Shown here piece by piece: positions 19,265 through 27,786 of a DNA stretch of 64,000 nucleotides. The number at the start of each line of letters is the position of its first letter. Position 1 is the first letter of the stretch. Below the pieces are notes generated by a model. That model was not told the origin of the DNA. It saw only the letters and a list, made by a program, of their open reading frames with translations, and ran no database searches. A program made the position numbers and the translations under genes. Source of the stretch: Nostoc sp. DedSLP01 (GTDB lineage Bacteria; Cyanobacteriota; Cyanobacteriia; Cyanobacteriales; Nostocaceae). Location: assembly GCA_034530875.2 (NCBI GenBank), contig JAVRCJ020000016.1:131984-195983 (forward strand), read 5' to 3'.

Positions 19265-20173
19265 ATGGATGCAGATTTACGGTTGCTTCGTTACTTTGTT
19301 GCGGTGGCACAAGAGTTGAACTTCACCCGTGCTGCTGAACAGTTATATATTTCACAACCAGCATTGTCTAAGCAAATTCGCCAACTAGAGCGAGAATTGG
19401 GCATTGAATTACTGCGCCGTAATAGTCGGGAAGTAAAACTGACTGCTGCTGGTGAAGCATTGTTGCCTTTAGCCCAAGGACTAATCCAGGATTGGCAGTT
19501 TACGTTATTAAAGCTGCGAGAAGTAGCGGCAAGGGAAACGCAGACATTACGCGTTGGTTTTGTTTGCAGGATTGGCAGTGAATTAACGAAATCTATTCTT
19601 TCACAGTTTCAAGCCCTACAACCAGGGTGGAAGGTAGCAATTCGTTTCTTTGAGTTCTCAGATCCTACGGCTGGGCTACTCTCTGGCAATACTGATGTTG
19701 CTTTATTACGGTTGCCAGTTCCCAAACAAGAAAAAGTATTCACCGAAATCTTATTGGTTGAACCAAGATGGGTGGCTCTACCATCAGAACATCCACTCGC
19801 GCAACACCAAGTTTTACAGATAGCTGATTTGGTTAACGAACCATTTATTACTTTGCCTGCTGAAACAGGAATATGGCGAGATCACTGGCTAGCAAAGAAT
19901 GAGCGTGGTGGGCATCCAATTGTCTTTGGCACGGAAGTCAACAATATTAATGAGGCAATGGAAGCGGTGATTAACAATCAAGGAATAGCCCTAGTCTCAG
20001 AAACCACGGCACAAATTTATGCTTTGTCAGGACAAACTTTCCGCCGAGTTCAGGATGTCAGTCCTAGTGTCCTAGCTGTGGCGTGGCGGCGAGATTCTGC
20101 AAATAGTGTAGTTAAAGACTTTGTACAAGCTTGCCTTGATGTGACTCAACATCTCCGGCCTCTGAATTGTTAA
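19265..20173 (+). CDS. LysR-family transcriptional regulator
   Basis: LRYFVAVAQELNFTRAAEQLYISQPALSKQIRQLE HTH; divergent from the RND gene. Confidence 0.97.
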   Translation: MDADLRLLRYFVAVAQELNFTRAAEQLYISQPALSKQIRQLERELGIELLRRNSREVKLTAAGEALLPLAQGLIQDWQFTLLKLREVAARETQTLRVGFVCRIGSELTKSILSQFQALQPGWKVAIRFFEFSDPTAGLLSGNTDVALLRLPVPKQEKVFTEILLVEPRWVALPSEHPLAQHQVLQIADLVNEPFITLPAETGIWRDHWLAKNERGGHPIVFGTEVNNINEAMEAVINNQGIALVSETTAQIYALSGQTFRRVQDVSPSVLAVAWRRDSANSVVKDFVQACLDVTQHLRPLNC

Positions 20174-20714
20174 AGGAGGCAGGAGGCAGGAGGCAGGGGG
20201 CAGGAGCCAGGGGGCAGGAGGCAGGAGGCAGGGGGCAGGGGGCAGTTTCAATGAAATAATTTTCACAAACATGTATGAAAAAGGAATATCCCTTACACCC
20301 TTATTATGAGGATTGTAATTTTGAATTTTGAATTCCCCAAACGGGTTGACTTGCTTTTTGAATTTGTATGTGATAATTTCTGCTTTAGTAATTCTACTGT
20401 TTTCCGACCGACTTATCGGATTTAGAGAAACTAAGCTGTCGAGCATCTAACGCAGCACATTTTTTTTCTTTAGACAGTCCAAATTCGAAAGTTTTTTGGC
20501 TATGAGTGCCAGTCACTCATGGCGAAATGATGCTATTGGGTTTGCTCTTGTGCTTGGTAAATCTATCGAAACAATCGGATCTAAAACCGTACTTCGTCCA
20601 AAGTTTTTGGAACGGGGTATAAATCCTCGTTACAAAAACGGCCTCCTGCCTCCTGCCTCCTGCCCCCTGCCCCCTGCCTCCTGCCCCCTGCCTCCTGCCC
20701 CCTGCCTCCGTTAA
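20173..20714. repeat. Inverted pair of GGCAGG(A/G) heptamer arrays (20173-20243 and 20643-20710)
   Basis: The two arrays are mutually reverse-complementary, and each is bounded by TTAA. Confidence 0.75.
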
Positions 20715-20732
20715 CCTTCAGGAATTTGATAC

Positions 20733-20936
20733 ATGACCAAAGTTTTGATTCTCGATGCCAACCAACAACCTTTATACCCAGTACGTATCAGCCGTGCTAG
20801 GCTGCTGTTGTCACAAGGGCAAGCTAGTGTATTCCAGCGATATCCGTTCACTATCATCCTCAAGGAGTCGCTTTCCCATTTAAAACTTGAGCAACTTGGC
20901 TTTAAAATTCACCCTGATGTCAAAAATAAAAAGTAA
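20733..20936 (+). pseudogene. Truncated IscB-like (RRXRR/PLMP domain) ORF
   Basis: VLILDANQQPLYP...RARLLL..G.A.VFQRYPFTIILK. Ends at a degenerate RuvC-I (KIHPD instead of KIDPG). Confidence 0.8.
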
Positions 20937-21137
20937 AAGTTTTATATGCAAACTTGTGAGCGATTCCCAATGGTAACTTTATTTTTGCTGTAACGTACTA
21001 TTACTACGATCGCCAAAAATAAAAAAGTTAGTAAGTAGGTTGGCACAACAAAACGAAAGTATTTAAATAAAGATTAACTTAAGCTAAAGCTATGAGGAAT
21101 ATTTACGCCAACTTACTTAGATTAATCAGGAATATAG

Positions 21138-21809
21138 ATGATTAATGATACTATCTTAGAACCATTGCCAGAAGACCAATGGTTTATTGAAAGCCAAGAA
21201 CTGCGCTCTTTTATAGCAACAGTACGTGAAATTACTGCCAACACATCTGAAAATCGCACCCAAACCCTCGCTAAATTAGAACCCTATTTTCAAGAGCTAC
21301 TTGCCCAACAGCAATGGTTGCCCGAAAAGTTTACCCGAGTCAACCCGGAAAGTAAAATGGGCGGTGGTATCGGTCAATGGCTACTTTATCGGGCTAAAGA
21401 CCGTTCTTTGTCAGTTTTTAGCTTGGTAATTCCTCCAGGTTCAACCACTCCCGTCCACGACCATTTAGCTTGGGGATTGATTGGTTTATATAAAGGCAAT
21501 CAAGAAGAAACAGTCTATCGGCGTGTAGATAACGGCAATGCCGAAGGACATGCACAATTACAAATAACTGAAGTGCGATCGCTTGAAAGGGGGGATATTT
21601 ACCGCCTCCTACCTCCAGATGGTGATATCCACGCTGTTAAAACCACATCCGAGAGTGAATCTGTATCGATTCATCTCCTGGGCAATGATACTGGTTGCGT
21701 CTGGCGTCACCAGTTCATTCCAGAATCTCACAGCGTCAAATCTTTTCGTTCTGGATATTCTAATGCTCCCTGTAAAGAGGAGGAGGAAAAAGAATATGCC
21801 CAAGTATGA
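21138..21809 (+). CDS. Thiol (cysteine/3-mercaptopropionate-type) dioxygenase family cupin
   Basis: PGSTTPVHDHLAWG ... GDIHAV three-His site; QWLLY; SIHLLG. Confidence 0.88.
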   Translation: MINDTILEPLPEDQWFIESQELRSFIATVREITANTSENRTQTLAKLEPYFQELLAQQQWLPEKFTRVNPESKMGGGIGQWLLYRAKDRSLSVFSLVIPPGSTTPVHDHLAWGLIGLYKGNQEETVYRRVDNGNAEGHAQLQITEVRSLERGDIYRLLPPDGDIHAVKTTSESESVSIHLLGNDTGCVWRHQFIPESHSVKSFRSGYSNAPCKEEEEKEYAQV

Positions 21810-22557
21810 AAGACCGCAACCCCCCGTATTCGAGCGAGTTGAAGACGAACGCCTGCACCGCAAGCAACGCCTAGCCGCCGCCCTGCGGTTGTTTGGTCGC
21901 CTTGGCTTTTGTGAGGGGGTCGCGGGTCATATTACAGTCCGCGATCCTGAGTTTACAGACCATTTTTGGATCAATCCACCGGGGACATACTTCGGTCATA
22001 TCAAAGTTTCTGACCTGGTTTTGGTTAATAAAGATGGTGAAGTGGCCAAAGGCGACGCTGAGGTAAATCGAGCCAGTTTGACCATCCATTGTGAAATTCA
22101 TGAGGCTCGACCTGATGTCATTGCAACTGCACACGCCCATTCAATTTATGGCAAAGCCTGGTCGAGTTTGGGGCGTCTCCTCGACCCCTTGACTCAAGAT
22201 TCTTGTGCTTTTTACGAAGACCATGCATTATTTGAAGACCATACAGATAGTACATTAGATGCCTCACAAAGTAAGCGATTTGCTGAAGCTTTGGGCCCGA
22301 ATAAAGCCCTAATCCTGCGTAACCACGGCATTTTAACTGTGGGAAATACGGTGGATGAAGCTGCTTTTTGGTACATTAACCTAGAGCGATCGTGTCAAGC
22401 ACAACTGTTAGCAGAAGCCGCAGGTAGACCTAGTATTATCAAACACGAAACAGCCCGTTTAACCCACAGCCAAGTGGGATCGCCCACAAGCGGCTGGTTC
22501 GGCTTCCAGCCACTTTACGAAAGGATTGTGCGGGATGAACCAGATTTGCTCGATTAG
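21796..22557 (+). CDS. Class II aldolase/adducin-family metalloprotein
   Basis: ATG at 21796 after AGGAGG; EGVAGHITVRDP, IHCEIH, AHAHS, LRNHG. Confidence 0.93.
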   Translation: MPKYERPQPPVFERVEDERLHRKQRLAAALRLFGRLGFCEGVAGHITVRDPEFTDHFWINPPGTYFGHIKVSDLVLVNKDGEVAKGDAEVNRASLTIHCEIHEARPDVIATAHAHSIYGKAWSSLGRLLDPLTQDSCAFYEDHALFEDHTDSTLDASQSKRFAEALGPNKALILRNHGILTVGNTVDEAAFWYINLERSCQAQLLAEAAGRPSIIKHETARLTHSQVGSPTSGWFGFQPLYERIVRDEPDLLD

Positions 22558-22658
22558 TCATTAGTCATTAGTTATTAGTCATTAGTCATTAGTCCTTTGT
22601 CTAAAACTAATTACTAATAACTAATGCCCCATGATGCTTATGAATTAGGAGATTAATT

Positions 22659-23480
22659 ATGACTAATGCTAGAGAATTATTGCGATCGCGTTACGGCGAA
22701 ATTCCTTTCAATGCCGAAATTGAATGGAATGATTCTCTGACATCGCTATTATCTCACCGTTCAATTCGTTCTTATCTATCCGACCCTTTACCAGCGGGAA
22801 CTCTGGAGTTATTAGTTGCAGCGGCCCAATCTGCATCTACTTCCTCAAATTTGCAAACCTGGAGTGTGGTAGCGGTCGAAAATCAAGAACGCAAAGATGA
22901 GTTATCAAAACTGGCGGGAAATCAAGCACACATTAGACAAGCGCCTTTATTCTTAGTTTGGTTAGCAGATTTAGCACGCCTGGCTTACGTTGCTGACAGT
23001 CGCGGCATATCCCATGACGGTTTGGATTATTTGGAAATGTTTGTCATGGCAACGGTTGATGCGACATTAGCAGCGCAAAATGCCACAGTAGCTGCTGAGT
23101 CCCTCGGTTTGGGAACGGTATATATCGGTGGAATCCGCAACCGCCCGGAAGAAGTAGCAGCAATCTTGAATTTGCCTTCTTCTGTGTATGCTGTGTTTGG
23201 GCTGTGTATCGGCTATCCGAATCCAGAGGCGAATGCAGCAATTAAGCCGCGCTTACCACAATCAGCTGTGTTGCACCGAGAAACTTATAATTTGGCAGAA
23301 CAAGATGAAGCGATCGCTCATTACAATAACATCATCAAAGAGTTCTATACTGAACAACAGATGAACGTTGCTGGTGATTGGTCAGAACATTCATCTGGGA
23401 GGATTGCAACTGTCGAGTCATTGAGAGGACGCGATCGCTTGCGGCAAGTTCTAAATAATCTAGGCTTCAAGTTACTGTAA
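22659..23480 (+). CDS. NADPH-dependent FMN reductase/nitroreductase (NfsA/Frp family)
   Basis: HRSIRSY, ASTSSNLQTWSVV, GLGTVYIGGIRN, KPRLP. Confidence 0.94.
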   Translation: MTNARELLRSRYGEIPFNAEIEWNDSLTSLLSHRSIRSYLSDPLPAGTLELLVAAAQSASTSSNLQTWSVVAVENQERKDELSKLAGNQAHIRQAPLFLVWLADLARLAYVADSRGISHDGLDYLEMFVMATVDATLAAQNATVAAESLGLGTVYIGGIRNRPEEVAAILNLPSSVYAVFGLCIGYPNPEANAAIKPRLPQSAVLHRETYNLAEQDEAIAHYNNIIKEFYTEQQMNVAGDWSEHSSGRIATVESLRGRDRLRQVLNNLGFKLL

Positions 23481-23498
23481 ACAATAAATATCAAAATT

Positions 23499-24287
23499 AT
23501 GGATTTGCAACTCCGTGGCAAAGTCGCCTTAATAACAGCTGCTAGTAAAGGTTTGGGCAAAGCTACAGCAAGGCAATTTGCCCGTGAGGGTGCAAAGGTT
23601 GCTATCTGCGCCCGCAGTGAGTTAGTTGACAAAGCTGCTGCGGAAATTACTAGCGAAACAGATACCGAAGTCCTATCTCTGCGCGCAGATGTCACCAATC
23701 AAGCAGATATTGAACGGGTGATTAATGCCACAGTAGATAAATTCGGCGGGTTGGATATCCTCGTTACTAACGCCGGAGGGCCACCCGCTGGTACTTTTGA
23801 TGATATCGATTTAGCAACTTGGGAAACTTCGCTTAATTTAACTTTGCTGAGTGCAGTTCGCTTGGTGAAATACGCTTTACCTCACTTGCGCCAATCTAGC
23901 GCACCAGCGATTCTAACTATTACCTCAACCTCAACTAAACAACCAGTCCAAAACCTTGTATTATCGAATTCCATTCGGTTAGCGGTTATTGGTTTAACTA
24001 AAACTCTCAGCCAAGAATTGGGTAGCGATAAAATTCGCGTCAACAGCATTTTACCAGGCTGGACATATACACAACGAGTAGAAGAATTAATCAACGCCCG
24101 AATTGCTAAAAGTGGTGAAACAAAAGAAGCAGCAATTTCTCAAATCAGCGCTACAGTTCCTTTAGGTCGTATGGGAACGCCAGAAGAGTTTGCGAATGTG
24201 GCAGTATTTTTGAGTTCGCCAGCAGCCTCATTTGTGAATGGAGTCATGCTACAAGTAGATGGCGGAACGGTTCAAGGAACGTTTTGA
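23499..24287 (+). CDS. SDR-family oxidoreductase
   Basis: TAASKGLG, TNAGGP, atypical LSNSIR active site, VDGG. Confidence 0.93.
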   Translation: MDLQLRGKVALITAASKGLGKATARQFAREGAKVAICARSELVDKAAAEITSETDTEVLSLRADVTNQADIERVINATVDKFGGLDILVTNAGGPPAGTFDDIDLATWETSLNLTLLSAVRLVKYALPHLRQSSAPAILTITSTSTKQPVQNLVLSNSIRLAVIGLTKTLSQELGSDKIRVNSILPGWTYTQRVEELINARIAKSGETKEAAISQISATVPLGRMGTPEEFANVAVFLSSPAASFVNGVMLQVDGGTVQGTF

Positions 24288-24773
24288 GGTATTATCGAAA
24301 CATTGAATTGTTCCTTGACGATCGCCATCGTCAATCGCTATTTCCCTAAACTTCCCTTTCGTGTAATCTAAAATGACACTGTGCCAAAATTTTTGAGCGA
24401 CTGTATTTGTCTTCATTTGATAAATCTCCCACCTACCGCAAAATCCATCGAAGATTTGAGAAGCAACTAACTTACCAATTCCTTGCCGCCTATATTTTCG
24501 CAAGATAAAAAACTCTGCCATAGAATACTGATTGCTGAGAATATATGTGAACTGGTTCACTAAAACAAATCCAGCTAGCTTACCGCTTACGCGTACAATG
24601 AAAGGATAGCGATCGCTTTCAATCCAGTAATAATCTAGATATGGGTATCCAAAATAACCATGTTCGTCCAGATCTTGGTCTGCAAACTCTGAAAAGTCAT
24701 ACTGATAAAGCTCCATCATCCTTTGGATGAGTGGTTTGTCATCAATTGCAGCAGATAACACCTCTACATACAT
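24249..24773 (-). CDS. GNAT-family acetyltransferase
   Basis: EFFILRKYRRQGIG motif A. Confidence 0.9.
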   Translation of the reverse strand: MYVEVLSAAIDDKPLIQRMMELYQYDFSEFADQDLDEHGYFGYPYLDYYWIESDRYPFIVRVSGKLAGFVLVNQFTYILSNQYSMAEFFILRKYRRQGIGKLVASQIFDGFCGRWEIYQMKTNTVAQKFWHSVILDYTKGKFREIAIDDGDRQGTIQCFDNTSKRSLNRSAIYL

Positions 24774-25343
24774 AATCTATCAAAAACAACATTTCTTAAT
24801 AGTATTTAAAATTAGCAACATAAATGTCTATAGATTTCTCTTGGCGTCAGGATATCAAATGAAATACTCTATCTGCGATAATAACGGCAGTAGCTCAATT
24901 AGACTATTTTTGATGAAAAGATTTTAGATTTTGGATTGGAAATTGCCTGATGTATCGGGCTTAATCTGTCGCCATCGTTTTTCAAATTGTTATAAAACTA
25001 TTTCCTTCTTAAAAACTGGAAACAAAATTTTATCTGATGTTTTGGCAGAAGTTGACACATATCCACAACTATGCATATATCTTTCAAACATTCTCTAAAG
25101 TACGGAGAAAGGAAAGACTTTTTTGTTATCAACTTTCCTTTTACCTTTCCCCCTTCTTCATTTTTTTATCATTTTCCCTATAATGCTAATAAGGAAAATA
25201 TTTCTAACAGTAATGCTTGACTAAAATGAAATTAAATTATAAATTTTTAAAGGTGAATATATGAAAATATTGTATTTTTAATTCCAACTGTGTATATTAA
25301 GTTCCACTCAAAAGCACAATAGCAAAAATTCCGAGAAAACTCC

Positions 25344-26390
25344 ATGCACAACCACCAATTATTTAACGCTAACATCGAGAACGATCGCGTTCTTTTAACC
25401 CCCAATGAAATTAAATCAAGATTGCCATTAACTAAATCAGCAGAAGAAACAGTTTTAAGGTATAGAGAGGAAATAGAAGATATTTTGGATTTTCGCGATC
25501 GCCGAAAATTCATAGTAGTTGGCCCTTGTTCGATTCACGATCCGAAAGCAGCGATCGAATATTCCCAAAGATTGAAAGCCTTGGCAGAAAAAGTCCAAGA
25601 TAAGCTGCTACTAATTATGCGCGTCTACTTTGAAAAACCAAGAACAACCGTAGGCTGGAAAGGATTAATTAACGACCCAGAGATGGATGATTCTTTTCAT
25701 GTAGAAAATGGCTTATTAATTGCCCGCCAGCTATTACTAGAAATTACAGAATTGGGGTTACCTGCTGGTACAGAAGCGCTAGATCCAATCATACCTCAAT
25801 ATATTAGCGAATTGATTACATGGTCGGCGATCGGGGCACGTACCACCGAATCGCAAACTCATCGGGAAATGGCAAGTGGACTTTCTATGCCTGTGGGTTT
25901 TAAAAATGGCACCGACGGCAATATTCAGGTAGCTTTAAATGCTCTTCAATCAGCTAGAAACCCTCATAATTTTTTGGGAATTAACCAAAACGGACAAGTC
26001 AGCGTATTTCAAACCAAAGGTAATGCCTACGGTCATGTCATTTTAAGAGGTGGTAATCAGCCCAACTTTGATGCAGCAAGCGTCAACCTAGTGGAAAAGA
26101 AATTAAAAGAGGCAGGTTTACCACCAAGAATCGTTATTGATTGCAGCCACGGCAATACTAATAAAGACTACAAATTACAAGCTGCCGTCTTAGAAAATAT
26201 TATTCAGCAAATATTGGATGGCAATACATCAATCGTTGGTATGATGCTGGAATCAAATATATATGAAGGCAATCAACCAATTAGTGGGAAGAAGGAAGAA
26301 TTAAAATATGGCGTTTCTGTAACTGACAAATGTATTAACTGGGAAGAAACAGAGAAAATTATTTTGGCTGCTTACGAAAAACTTAAGTAG
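25344..26390 (+). CDS. 3-deoxy-7-phosphoheptulonate (DAHP) synthase, class I alpha (AroF/G/H type)
   Basis: VGPCSIHD, RVYFEKPRTTVGWKG, IGARTTESQ, DCSHGN, SVTDKC. Confidence 0.97.
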   Translation: MHNHQLFNANIENDRVLLTPNEIKSRLPLTKSAEETVLRYREEIEDILDFRDRRKFIVVGPCSIHDPKAAIEYSQRLKALAEKVQDKLLLIMRVYFEKPRTTVGWKGLINDPEMDDSFHVENGLLIARQLLLEITELGLPAGTEALDPIIPQYISELITWSAIGARTTESQTHREMASGLSMPVGFKNGTDGNIQVALNALQSARNPHNFLGINQNGQVSVFQTKGNAYGHVILRGGNQPNFDAASVNLVEKKLKEAGLPPRIVIDCSHGNTNKDYKLQAAVLENIIQQILDGNTSIVGMMLESNIYEGNQPISGKKEELKYGVSVTDKCINWEETEKIILAAYEKLK

Positions 26391-26527
26391 CTAATTTGGA
26401 AGACTATAGGAATCATATTTGATTTTTGAACAAAATTAAGTATTAGATTTCTTGCAGAAGTCGGGAAAAGGGTAAAGCGATAAGAAAAACCCTTTTCCTT
26501 TTACCTTTTACCCAAGAGTTCAAAATA

Positions 26528-27343
26528 TTATTGATGGGACAACGCGTCAAAACTTTGCTCTAAACGTATAATTTTTGGCTTCAATGAACCTGCTTCAACC
26601 AATAGAATACTTTGTTCTTGGAAGGGTACCCAATTTTGCTCAGACAAAGGTTCAGATGCAACAATAACTGCATTTGAATTATTTTCATCTTCATAAGACC
26701 AATACAAAGTAGGTGCTGGTGTATCATAGGCATACCTAACTGCTGCCATTGTTTGACCATCACTGACAATTATATTGGCACTAAATGTAGTATCGTATTT
26801 TTGAGCTAAATCAGTCAATTTTTGCAGCGTGATACTTAGAGCTGACAAAAGATTACTATCTACAGATGACTGCCACGTTTCTACTAACAAAGCGAAAATG
26901 TGTTCTGAGTCTGTCATACCTTTAATCAAACGGTATGTTGAATCAGAAAGTCTATCACGTATTGGTCTATAGAGTGTTTGTTGAAAGCTCGATATTTCAC
27001 CATTATGGACAAACAAAAGTTTTCCACTGCGGAAAGGTTGACAGTTACTAATGTCAAGCGATTCCCCGATTCCAGCTAGTCGGACATAGCCTACAGTGCA
27101 ATTAGATTGTACATATTGGCTTAACTGTTGCAAATTTGTATCGTTCCACAGGGGAATAGTATTACGGTAAATAAATGATTTTCCGGCTTCATCGTACCAG
27201 CCTATACCAGCACCGTCTGCACACACCATTCCAGACATTAATTCTTGAGGGTTATAACTTTGTTTTTCCAGAGAATGTTCTTCTTGATACAATAATTTTT
27301 CTAGCCGAATAGCGTTGCCAAGGTAGCCAATTAATCTACACAT
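26528..27343 (-). CDS. egtC: Class II glutamine amidotransferase, EgtC-like
   Basis: MCRL N-terminal nucleophile Cys, DGAGIGWY, NCQPF, HNG, TDSEH, VASEPL. Confidence 0.8.
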   Translation of the reverse strand: MCRLIGYLGNAIRLEKLLYQEEHSLEKQSYNPQELMSGMVCADGAGIGWYDEAGKSFIYRNTIPLWNDTNLQQLSQYVQSNCTVGYVRLAGIGESLDISNCQPFRSGKLLFVHNGEISSFQQTLYRPIRDRLSDSTYRLIKGMTDSEHIFALLVETWQSSVDSNLLSALSITLQKLTDLAQKYDTTFSANIIVSDGQTMAAVRYAYDTPAPTLYWSYEDENNSNAVIVASEPLSEQNWVPFQEQSILLVEAGSLKPKIIRLEQSFDALSHQ

Positions 27344-27786
27344 AGAAAACAAAAATAATATAAAAATGAGCGAATTTTGTTACGAAGCCAATTTTAATTA
27401 TCTAATTTTGACTTTTGTTAACTATTATTACTTTAGCAATGAATTTATATATTGTGTATGCTTGAACCATGACTAAAGTAATGGATGTGTTTATGACTTT
27501 AGTCAGAACATCTTTATTCGGGACAAACAAGTGTCTGACTTTTGCAATCTATAACCTCAGAGTGATGTTTAATTTCAAGAATTGAGCGCTCCTTTCTTTG
27601 GGTCTTATTTATTAATAAGTAAAAGAAACACCAAGTATGTCATCTCAAGTTGAAGAATTTACTATAGCAATCCTAAATGAGTTGCAAAATTAGTCATGAA
27701 GTAGGGAACAGAAAACAAGAACGTACAAATGTACTCTAGCTTTCACAAATGAAATAGGATTGCTATACCTCGTAATTCAATTCAAA

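Noticed and set aside
20072..20714. ORFs 20072-20446 and 20496-20714 (similarly 15512-15694 and 38941-39217)
   Set aside because: Dominated by translated heptamer repeats (LPPASC); no domain signal.
21583..21795. Apparent long overlap between the dioxygenase and aldolase ORFs
   Set aside because: The aldolase most likely starts at ATG 21796 after AGGAGG; the extension has no family similarity.
25344..26390. DAHP synthase as a marker of a scytonemin or aromatic secondary-metabolite cluster
   Set aside because: No trp, tyrA, aroB or scy genes nearby.
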